In this document: positions 32,471 to 38,918 of the stretch, piece after piece
How positions within the stretch are numbered: position 1 is the stretch's first letter
How the letters are laid out: each line of letters starts with the position of its first letter
Source of the DNA: an uncultured bacterium
GTDB lineage: Bacteria; Hydrothermota; Tepidihabitantia; Tepidihabitantales; Tepidihabitantaceae
Length of the DNA: 38,918 nucleotides
Direction: 5' to 3'
Assembly (NCBI GenBank): GCA_964402475.1
Contig: CAYOCZ010000001.1
Coordinates: 1 to 38,918 of the forward strand
Made by a program: the position numbers and the translations under genes
Notes under the pieces: model-generated
Databases searched by the model: none
What the model was told of the DNA's origin: nothing
The model's input: only the letters and a program-made list of their open reading frames with translations

Positions 32471-33565
32471 CTATGCCCCGACTTCCTTCAGCTCCTCCGC
32501 CTCGAATGTACTGGTCGGGATCTTCTCCTCGGCGTCTCTTCCCGCCAGGTAGTCGAACATCCCCTGGACGCTCCCGGCAAGCCTGGTGAAGATTGACGCA
32601 ACCGGGATATTGACCGGACACGCATCCGAACACATGCCGCAGCCGACGCAGCTCAGGCTGACGTGGAGCATCCGGCCGACGTGGTAGTAGATTGTCCCGA
32701 CCGGCAGCCTCAAACCGCCACGCTGGTCCAGCTCGTCCGACACCGTCCCCGGCTTCTGCTCGGCGTCGGCCGACTCGAAGTGACAGGTATTGCAGTAGCA
32801 CACCGGGCAGGCATTGCTGCACGCATGACAGTTGATGCACCGCCCGAACACCGAAATCAACCCGGATATCCCGAGCGCGTCGGGCGAGAACCGGTCAAGC
32901 ACTGCCGGCCGATGTCCGGCCCGTTCCTCGCCAACCCGCTCAAGCATCCCGGTATCCGGCTCGCTCTCGCTTGACGGACTCAGGCCTTCCAGGAATCGTT
33001 CGCCTTTCTCGGTCTCCGCCAGCATGTCGGTCGTCTGCCTCGTATCCTTCCCGACCAGCGCAACCGTCACGTCCGCACCCTTCGGCACGAATTCCGCGCA
33101 TACCCGGCACGTATCGCGCAGCCCGTCCCAGGTCACGCCGGACTCAAGAGCATCGCGGTGCTTCTCAAGCACCGGGTCAATCCCGCCGAGTACCGACCTC
33201 GTCGGCACCACCCCGCCGCAGGTGCAACTGATGAGCAGCAGGTTGTCCAGCCGCGCCTGTCCCAGCTTGACGAGTTCGAACAGCGCTCGCAGCTCACACG
33301 GCCTCAAGACGACCGCGGTCGGCTCCGGCACCGGCTCCAGCGTTGTCAGCCGGGAAACCATCCTGCCGCCGTTCACCGGCATCAGCGGCACCGTTGGCGC
33401 TGCCCGGCCGAGAAGCTGACGGTCGGCAATCAGTGTGTAGGCGAACCCCCCCGGGTTTACCTCCGCGAGCACAAAAGCCCCGCGTATCCGTTCCTGCTCC
33501 ATCAGGAAACCCAAAAGCTCTCTCACCGCTTCGTCCGGTGTCCCGGGAACCTGGAACCGCTTCAT
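32471..33565 (-). CDS. AsrA/HydB/Flx-type 4Fe-4S dicluster protein (tandem paralog 2)
   Basis: 364-aa ORF with VLRPCELRALFELVK, CINCHACSNACPVCYCNTC and CVGCGMCSDACPVNIPV. It has an ATGA overlap at 33562-33565. Confidence 0.75.
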   Translation of the reverse strand: MKRFQVPGTPDEAVRELLGFLMEQERIRGAFVLAEVNPGGFAYTLIADRQLLGRAAPTVPLMPVNGGRMVSRLTTLEPVPEPTAVVLRPCELRALFELVKLGQARLDNLLLISCTCGGVVPTRSVLGGIDPVLEKHRDALESGVTWDGLRDTCRVCAEFVPKGADVTVALVGKDTRQTTDMLAETEKGERFLEGLSPSSESEPDTGMLERVGEERAGHRPAVLDRFSPDALGISGLISVFGRCINCHACSNACPVCYCNTCHFESADAEQKPGTVSDELDQRGGLRLPVGTIYYHVGRMLHVSLSCVGCGMCSDACPVNIPVASIFTRLAGSVQGMFDYLAGRDAEEKIPTSTFEAEELKEVGA

Positions 33566-34749
33566 TCCACCTTTCCTTCTGAATCCTGGTCTTTGCTCTT
33601 CCCGCTCTGTGTCTCTGTGGTTCCCGGGGCAGAAATTCCTCCCGCGTCCTCGAACGCGTGCAGCTCATCCTCCTTGAAGGTCGTCATCGGCATCGCTTCC
33701 TCCCGGCTGCGGCCAGGCGCGTAGCCGAACTGCTCCTGGACCCCGGCGCCGACGAACGCGAATACCCGGCTGACCGGCACGTCCATCGGACACGCGTCTT
33801 CGCACGCCCCGCACGCGACACACGACAGCGCCATGTGGTACATCCGGCCGACATGGAACTGCATCATGTCACCCGGAAAACGGATGCCGCCCCTGTGCTG
33901 TGCACGGGCGAAATAGTCCTCCGCTCTCAGCCTCACACTGTCGCCCGAGTCAAAGAAGCACTGCCGGCAGTAGCATATCGGGCAGACCCTCATGCAGTTG
34001 TGGCAGTTGACGCAGTCCGCGAACAGCTTCTCAAATCCGTCAACCCCGGCGGCCCTGCCCTTCATCTCCTGGAAGGCGCTGTCCCTGGCCCCGGTGCGGA
34101 CCCTGGCTTCTTTTTCCACCCCGGCTTCCCAGTCCGAAATACCATCGTCGCCCGCGACCCCGGCGTCGGCCAGCAGCCGCTCGCCCCGGTCGCTTCGGTG
34201 GACAACAGCAACCTCGCCGGGCTTACCCCTGAGTAAACCGATATGAACATCGGACGCGACCTCCTGAAGGCTGAAACCCACGCAGCTCTTGCAGTCCGGT
34301 CGCAGGCCGTCGTCTTGCTTTCCCTGCAGAATTTCCTCGAAGCGACGGTCAAACTCCTCCGGGTTCCCCAAGTAGTCCCGCGTCGGAAACGCACCCGGAC
34401 AGTCGATCGTCAACAGCAGCACGTCCTCAAGGTCCACTTGGTTCCGCTTGAACAGCTCGATGGCCGCCCGTGCCTCACACGGCCGCAGCACACACAGGAT
34501 TCCGGGCAAACCACCTCTGCCGCGGCCCATGCTCTGAAGCGCCCGCGCACCCTGCACCGGCATCACCGGCGCCAGCGGGGTTGCCGCCTCAAGCAGCTTT
34601 GGGTCCCGGATCAAGAGGTAAGCGAACGACTCCTTCGATGGGATGCGGCTCGGCACCATGACCGCGTCCGTGGCCTTCAGAAGCAACGCCAGCACCGACC
34701 GCAGCGTGTCGTTCACGCTGCCGTCGACCGGAATTCTCTTGCCCTTCAT
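33562..34749 (-). CDS. AsrA/HydB/Flx-type 4Fe-4S dicluster protein (tandem paralog 1)
   Basis: It has VLRPCEARAAIELFK, CVNCHNCMRVCPICYCRQC and CVACGACEDACPMDVPV. The start is taken at ATG 34749 (MKGKRIP), forming an ATGA overlap with the upstream stop. The track ORF to 34836 lies inside the upstream gene. Confidence 0.75.
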   Translation of the reverse strand: MKGKRIPVDGSVNDTLRSVLALLLKATDAVMVPSRIPSKESFAYLLIRDPKLLEAATPLAPVMPVQGARALQSMGRGRGGLPGILCVLRPCEARAAIELFKRNQVDLEDVLLLTIDCPGAFPTRDYLGNPEEFDRRFEEILQGKQDDGLRPDCKSCVGFSLQEVASDVHIGLLRGKPGEVAVVHRSDRGERLLADAGVAGDDGISDWEAGVEKEARVRTGARDSAFQEMKGRAAGVDGFEKLFADCVNCHNCMRVCPICYCRQCFFDSGDSVRLRAEDYFARAQHRGGIRFPGDMMQFHVGRMYHMALSCVACGACEDACPMDVPVSRVFAFVGAGVQEQFGYAPGRSREEAMPMTTFKEDELHAFEDAGGISAPGTTETQSGKSKDQDSEGKVE

Positions 34750-36371
34750 CTGAGTATCTGCGTTACTTCCTGGTCCATCTGCCTGGTCGTAAACTGGCGG
34801 TGTTGGGCCGCGCCTGACGGACAAGCAGCCGCGCAATTTCCGCAGCCGCGACAGAGCACTTCGTTCACAACCGCGATGTGTCGGTCCTCATTCAGCGTCG
34901 CTGCCCCGTAGGCACAGGCGGCGACACAGATCCCACAGCCCACGCAAAGGGCTTCCGCCACTTCGGACGTCCTGGTTTCCAGCCTCAGCCGTCGGCCCGG
35001 AACCAGCGCCGAAAGCACCTTGCCTGCCGCGGCCCCGGCCTGGGCCGTCGCATCGAGCGCGCCGGCAGGGCCACGGCAGCCGCCGACTACGAACACACCC
35101 TCGGTCACCGTTCCGACCGGGTTCAGCACCGGGTGCTCTGACTGGAAGAAGCCGTGCTCGTCCAAAGGGATGTTGAACATCCGTGCGAATTCCGCGTTCG
35201 CCGGACCAGCCGCCACGCCCGCAGACAGAACTACCGCGTCGGCAACCACGCTGCCGCTCGAGCCGTCCTCCTGCCGGTACCTGACGACCAGTCCCGGGCC
35301 CTCCCTGGCCACATCGATATCCCGGAACCTGACGAAACGCACGCCCGTCTTTGCCGTTTCGTGGTAGAACCGGTCGTGCTCCGTGCCCGGCAGGCACAGG
35401 TCGCGGTAGAACTCGGTAACCTCGGTTTCAGCCGAGGCTTCCTTCACGCGACGGGCGACTCTCATCGCTTCGACACAGCAGGTCCCGGAGCAGTATCCCA
35501 GCTTCTCCCGACCCACACAGTGAATCACCGCGACCGACTTCGGATGCCCGTCCGAAGCGTCGCTTGCGGCCTTCTCAAACTCGCGGACCGTGCTCACACC
35601 CTCGAGCTCACGATACCCGTAACCGGCGAGCCCGGTCGGGTCGAACGCCACTGCCCCGGTTGCGAGCACCACTGAACCGGCCTTGAGTTGAACTTCGTTG
35701 CCTTCTCGGGTTTCCAGGTGCGCGACGAAACTTCCGAAGAACCCAAGCAGCTCCCTGATTTTGCAGTGCTCGTATACCTCTATCAGCGGGTTGTTCCTCA
35801 GCGCGTCAACCCGCGCAGCCATCCATTCCCGGTCCCGCCGCGTTCCGCCCGGTTCGTCCTTCTCCAGAAGAAAGACCTTCCTGCCCTTCTGCGCGATCCT
35901 CAGGGCTGCCTCAATCCCGGCCGTTCCCCCGCCGATAACGATGGTATCCGGGCTGCACTCGATTTCTTTCTGCTCGAGCGGCCAGTGATACCTGACCCGG
36001 CCGATCGCTGCCCGGATGAAACGCAGAGCCTTGCTCGTCGCCTGTTCCTTGTCCGGCGTGGCCCAGGCGCACTGCTCGCGGATGTTCACCATCTGGAACA
36101 CGTGGGCGTTGAGCCCGGCGTTCGCGACTACCTGCTCGAACGTGGCCTGGTGCTGCTTGGGCGAACAGGCCGCTATGACCACACGCTCGTACCCGCGCTC
36201 TTTGATGCTCTCGGTCACGAACCGCTTGCCGTCCTCGGAACAAAGCAGCTTGAAACGCTCTATCCCGGCGACCTTGGCGTCCTTCTTTATTTCGGCTGTT
36301 ATCCGGTCCAGGTCAATTGCCTCGGCGATGTTCGGCCCGCACTCGCACAGGTAGAGACCGATTTTACCCAT
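34746..36371 (-). CDS. HdrA-family flavoprotein, B-type (QmoB-like without MvhD tail): N-terminal Fe-S domain + FAD domain without ferredoxin insert + C-terminal ferredoxin
   Basis: 541-aa ORF with KIGLYLCECGPNIAE, IVIGGGTAGIEAALRIAQKG, GYCSGTCCVEAMR and CVGCGICVAACAY / CRGCGNCAAACPSG. It is collinear with the second half of the 1038-aa protein and has an 8-nt overlap with the upstream gene. Confidence 0.88.
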   Translation of the reverse strand: MGKIGLYLCECGPNIAEAIDLDRITAEIKKDAKVAGIERFKLLCSEDGKRFVTESIKERGYERVVIAACSPKQHQATFEQVVANAGLNAHVFQMVNIREQCAWATPDKEQATSKALRFIRAAIGRVRYHWPLEQKEIECSPDTIVIGGGTAGIEAALRIAQKGRKVFLLEKDEPGGTRRDREWMAARVDALRNNPLIEVYEHCKIRELLGFFGSFVAHLETREGNEVQLKAGSVVLATGAVAFDPTGLAGYGYRELEGVSTVREFEKAASDASDGHPKSVAVIHCVGREKLGYCSGTCCVEAMRVARRVKEASAETEVTEFYRDLCLPGTEHDRFYHETAKTGVRFVRFRDIDVAREGPGLVVRYRQEDGSSGSVVADAVVLSAGVAAGPANAEFARMFNIPLDEHGFFQSEHPVLNPVGTVTEGVFVVGGCRGPAGALDATAQAGAAAGKVLSALVPGRRLRLETRTSEVAEALCVGCGICVAACAYGAATLNEDRHIAVVNEVLCRGCGNCAAACPSGAAQHRQFTTRQMDQEVTQILR

Positions 36372-37683
36372 CCCCGCTCCCTGCCGGCCTTTCTTGTGTT
36401 TCTTCGCCCGGTCCTGTCTCTGTGTCTTTGTGATTCATCTTCAGGACGCCGGCTGCGGCCGCCTCAGCCTGAATTACTACCGTCTGCATGTCTTTCGGGC
36501 CGCTGTTGCACCCGGCGATGAACACCCCGGGCCGGGTCGCGGTTGCCGGTTCGCTCCCGGCGGTGCGGAAAAACCCGAAGCCGTCCGTCTCTATACCCAG
36601 CAACTCAGCCAGGGCCGCGGCACCAGAACCCGGCTCGATGGCCGGAGCCAACACCGCCATGTCTACTTCGTCCGACTCACTCTTCCCGTTCGCCTGGAAT
36701 TCTATCCTTACTCCTGAGCCGTTTGCCGAAATCCCGGGCACAGCCTTGGTCCGCACCAGCTTGACGCCCTTCTCGAGCGCGGTCTCCAGGAACCGCTGGC
36801 TGTCCTTCCCCGGAACTGAAACCTCCTGGATGAATTCGTGCACCTCGACCCCTTCCAGCTTGTCGAACGCATAGCGGGCGAACTTGGCAAGGTAGCGGCA
36901 GCAGACCTGGGAGCAGTACCCCTTCTCCCTGCGGCCCGCGCAGTGAATGAGCGCGACCGACTTCGGTTTCTTGCCGTCCCGTGTCCGGATTTCGCCCTCG
37001 GTCGGCCCGTTCGAAGCCCGCAGCCGTTCGAACTCAAACGCGTTGTATACGTTCTCAAGCCTATCCGGCAGACCGGCGCCGCTCAGCCGGTATCCGGTGG
37101 CAACGACAATTGCCCCGACCTTCACCTCCCGCTCCTCGTCCTTGTCCTCGTAGTTGATCGCGTCGAACATGCACGCGTCCCGGCACGCGGTACACTCCTC
37201 GCCCTTCGACCGCAGACACTCACCCATCGCGATCGCCGGCGCGTTGGGCAGGGCCCCGGCACAGGCGACGTAGATGGCCTTGCGCTGCGACAGCCCTTCC
37301 TCGAACTCGTTGGCAGCGGTGACCGGACACGGCTCGAAACAGGCCGCGCACCCGATGCAGTTCTCCAGGCTGACGTACCGGGCGCGGCGCAAGAGCGTCA
37401 CGCCGAACGCGCCCGCCTCGCCGCGGACGTCCTTCACCTCGGTCAGGGTGAGCAACTCGACATTCTGGTTCTCGATGACGTCCGACTGCTTCGGGGCGAT
37501 CATGCAGGTGGCGCACTCCAGATTCGGAAACACCTCCTCCGACTTGATGACGTTGCCGCCGAAGTAGGCCTGCCGCTCCACGAGGTACACCTTCCGGCCC
37601 GCGTTCGCCAGCACCAGGCTGGCTTCGACGCCGGCCAGCCCGGCACCGATGACAAGGACGTCGGTCGTCTGGTCGGCCATCAC
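36364..37683 (-). CDS. HdrA-family flavoprotein, A-type (QmoA-like): FAD domain with ferredoxin insert only
   Basis: 439-aa ORF from GTG 37683; ATG 37680 is equally possible. It has VLVIGAGLAGVEASLVLANAG, VFPNLECATCMIAPK, CIGCAACFEPCPV / CTACRDACMFDAI and GYCSQVCCRYLAK. It is collinear with the first half of the 1038-aa protein. Confidence 0.88.
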   Translation of the reverse strand: MMADQTTDVLVIGAGLAGVEASLVLANAGRKVYLVERQAYFGGNVIKSEEVFPNLECATCMIAPKQSDVIENQNVELLTLTEVKDVRGEAGAFGVTLLRRARYVSLENCIGCAACFEPCPVTAANEFEEGLSQRKAIYVACAGALPNAPAIAMGECLRSKGEECTACRDACMFDAINYEDKDEEREVKVGAIVVATGYRLSGAGLPDRLENVYNAFEFERLRASNGPTEGEIRTRDGKKPKSVALIHCAGRREKGYCSQVCCRYLAKFARYAFDKLEGVEVHEFIQEVSVPGKDSQRFLETALEKGVKLVRTKAVPGISANGSGVRIEFQANGKSESDEVDMAVLAPAIEPGSGAAALAELLGIETDGFGFFRTAGSEPATATRPGVFIAGCNSGPKDMQTVVIQAEAAAAGVLKMNHKDTETGPGEETQERPAGSGDG

Positions 37684-38108
37684 TCGATGAACGGCCTGGT
37701 TCGCAGCGGATTCGGCCCCAGCCCGGCGATGTGACTGCTGAACTCCTTCGTCACCTCGGAATAGCGCTTGCCCTCCGAAGCCGAAATCCAGGACAGCCGA
37801 AACCGCGCCGGGTCAAGCTCCAGCACGTCCAGTATCCCCCGCAAGAGCGCGAACCTCCGCCGGGCATTGTAGTTGCCGGTCTGGTAGTGGCAGTCGCCCG
37901 GATGGCACCCGGCGACCAGCACACCGTCAGCGCCGCGCAGGTAAGCGGCGACCAGTAGCACCGGGTTGACTCGACTCGAACACATCACCCGGATTGTCGT
38001 CAGGGTTGCAGGTATCTCCAGCTTGTTGCTGCCTGCCTGGTCCGCCGCCGCGTAGGAACACCAGTTGCACAGAAAGCCGACAATGTTCGGCTCGAAGCTG
38101 CCAGCCAC
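37680..38108 (-). CDS. MvhD/FlxD-like [2Fe-2S] protein (copy 4)
   Basis: It has LCNWCSYAAADQAG, VMCSSRV and GCHPGDCHY. The track ORF starts at 38192, inside tusA. GTG 38108 gives an N-terminus (V)AGSFEPNIVGFLCNW that matches MAGDFQPTIVGFLCNW of copy 3, and lies 8 nt after the tusA stop. Confidence 0.85.
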   Translation of the reverse strand: MAGSFEPNIVGFLCNWCSYAAADQAGSNKLEIPATLTTIRVMCSSRVNPVLLVAAYLRGADGVLVAGCHPGDCHYQTGNYNARRRFALLRGILDVLELDPARFRLSWISASEGKRYSEVTKEFSSHIAGLGPNPLRTRPFIE

Positions 38109-38116
38109 TGCTCTAC

Positions 38117-38338
38117 CTAGAACTGGACCTGGGCGTTGAACTTTCCTCCCTCGTCCCGACAGAAAAGCAGGGTTTTGCCCGTCTTCTTGCACCAGTTCTC
38201 GATGTCGCGCGGGAACGAGGGGCAGTCGGCCAGCACCTCAAGCACGTCCCCGGCCTGCAGGTTCGGCGCCTCAATCGCCATCTTCAAGATCGGCTGGGGG
38301 CACTTCAGCCCCAGCACATCGAGCGTCTTGTTTGCCAT
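38117..38338 (-). CDS. tusA: TusA/SirA-family sulfur carrier protein
   Basis: 73-aa ORF. LDVLGLKCPQPILKMA carries the CPxP active-site Cys motif of TusA. Confidence 0.85.
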   Translation of the reverse strand: MANKTLDVLGLKCPQPILKMAIEAPNLQAGDVLEVLADCPSFPRDIENWCKKTGKTLLFCRDEGGKFNAQVQF

Positions 38339-38347
38339 GGCTCCTCC

Positions 38348-38701
38348 TCAGAACGAAAACGTCGTCTGTGCGCCCTGGATCTCGGTCAGGAACGTGGTTG
38401 CTCCGACCAGCTCGATATCATTGCGCAGGTCTTCCTTCTTCACGTCGCATGCCTCGAGTCCCAGCTCACAGAAATACAACTTGCCGCCGAGGGTCTTTAC
38501 CCCGTTCCACATCTCGATAAGGTCGGGATAACCCTTTTTCTTCGTACCCTCAATCACACCCGGTTTAAGCGCCGCAACCGCGCCCGGGGTGAAGAACACA
38601 TACACCGTGTCTCCGCTCGCCGCCGCGGACGAACCCAGCACGAACGTCGGAAACAGGCTCTTCGGTTCGGATCCGTTGCAGACAATGGCCACTTTGCCCA
38701 T
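38348..38701 (-). CDS. DsrE/DsrF-like family protein (COG2210-type)
   Basis: 117-aa ORF with KVAIVCNGSE..., FFTPGAV, and a conserved-position Cys in YFCELGLEA. A strong RBS, AAAGGAGGTAACG, lies directly before the ATG at 38701. Confidence 0.75.
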   Translation of the reverse strand: MGKVAIVCNGSEPKSLFPTFVLGSSAAASGDTVYVFFTPGAVAALKPGVIEGTKKKGYPDLIEMWNGVKTLGGKLYFCELGLEACDVKKEDLRNDIELVGATTFLTEIQGAQTTFSF

Positions 38702-38820
38702 CGTTACCTCCTTTTGAGTTCTCGTGCAGGGAACAACCGCCCAAGCCTAGCCGCGAAACGGAACTACCGCGACAGACCGAGTACACCGGCTAACCTGCAC
38801 ATGTGATTGATCTGATGAAT

Positions 38821-38848
38821 ATGATAGAAGCTCACCAAGTGGTGTCAA
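38821..38848 (-). promoter_or_regulatory. candidate sigma70-type promoter of the supercluster (TTGACA-16 nt-TATCAT on minus strand)
   Basis: The minus-strand reading is GGC TTGACA CCACTTGGTGAGCTTC TATCAT ATTC. The -35 is at 38848-38843 and the -10 at 38826-38821. This implies a leader of roughly 110 nt before the DsrE-like ATG. Local GC is visibly lower than in the surrounding DNA. Confidence 0.5.
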
Positions 38849-38872
38849 GCCAGAAATACCGCTAGTGTGGAC

Positions 38873-38918
38873 CCACAGCGATAATGTCATAGGGTAATGC
38901 CACAGCGAAAGTGTCATA
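38873..38918. repeat. two 19-nt direct repeats (27-nt period) upstream of the promoter, cut by the window edge
   Basis: CCACAGCGATAATGTCATA (38873-38891) and CCACAGCGAAAGTGTCATA (38900-38918) match at 16 of 19 positions. Further copies may lie beyond the window. Confidence 0.6.

Noticed and set aside
17061-38192. N-terminal extensions of track ORFs that reach into the upstream gene. Starts listed at 38192, 34836, 23631, 20415, 19787, 17132 and 13581.
   Set aside because: An internal ATG/GTG sits at or just after the upstream stop in each case, often as an ATGA overlap or with a good RBS. It also reproduces the N-terminus seen in paralogs within this window (for example AGSFEPNIVGFLCNW vs AGDFQPTIVGFLCNW). 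The extensions have no domain-like sequence.
9025-38701. Selenocysteine (in-frame TGA) or frameshifts in the hdrA, mvhD or hydrogenase genes, as occur in some methanogens and deltaproteobacteria.
   Set aside because: All of these ORFs are intact end to end, with Cys at the relevant motif positions. No interrupted frame or split ORF pair needing recoding was seen.
38873-38918. Whether the 19-nt direct repeats are the start of a CRISPR array.
   Set aside because: The 19-nt repeat with an 8-nt spacer (27-nt period) is far from CRISPR geometry, the copies are imperfect, and no cas genes are present. They are kept only as candidate regulator sites or a tandem repeat.
1-38918. Mobile-element boundaries (transposase, integrase, tRNA attachment site, terminal inverted repeats) that could explain the compositional differences.
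   Set aside because: No product resembles a transposase, integrase or recombinase, and no tRNA gene or flanking direct/inverted repeat pair was recognised. The mosaic idea therefore rests only on composition and the decayed gene at 6970-7596.

Overview
High-GC bacterial fragment. A T9SS-type C-terminal sorting tail suggests an uncultivated FCB-superphylum organism, but this is inference only.

Left 7.6 kb holds ordinary or accessory genes:
- an edge-truncated winged-helix-like protein
- a YacP-like NYN protein
- two paralogous PTS-EIIA::ArsB/NhaD/CitMHS-type permeases flanking a USP
- a GNAT acetyltransferase
- about 470 nt of non-coding DNA containing a 12-nt degenerate tandem repeat
- a decayed beta-propeller/T9SS gene

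At 7.6-8.8 kb a soluble HdrD-like CCG-domain protein sits on the + strand.

From 9025 to 38701, 29 tightly packed minus-strand genes form one apparent redox supercluster. In transcription order:
- DsrE-like and TusA
- MvhD, then a split QmoA/QmoB-like HdrA pair
- two paralogous AsrA/HydB-type Fe-S proteins, then MvhD
- canonical HdrA, then MvhD-MvhG-MvhA (group-3c-like NiFe hydrogenase) and its maturation protease
- a 1038-aa tandem HdrA (BamE-like), then MvhD
- Flx-like C/B/A subunits
- an orphan HdrC and an FrhB-family protein
- an HdrA-N-terminus::NuoE fusion, a small 2Fe-2S ferredoxin and a NuoF/HydB-like protein
- a five-gene DRTGG / CBS-GHKL / DRTGG / PHP / GHKL module
- an 1100-aa 2Fe-2S::tandem-HdrA protein whose first flavin domain lacks the Rossmann start; that segment is found on the NuoE fusion

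A sigma70-like promoter and truncated 19-nt direct repeats lie upstream of the first gene, at the right window edge.

No rRNA, tRNA, CRISPR array, transposase or integrase was recognised. All family calls come from motif recognition by eye on the supplied translations. No database search or computation was run.
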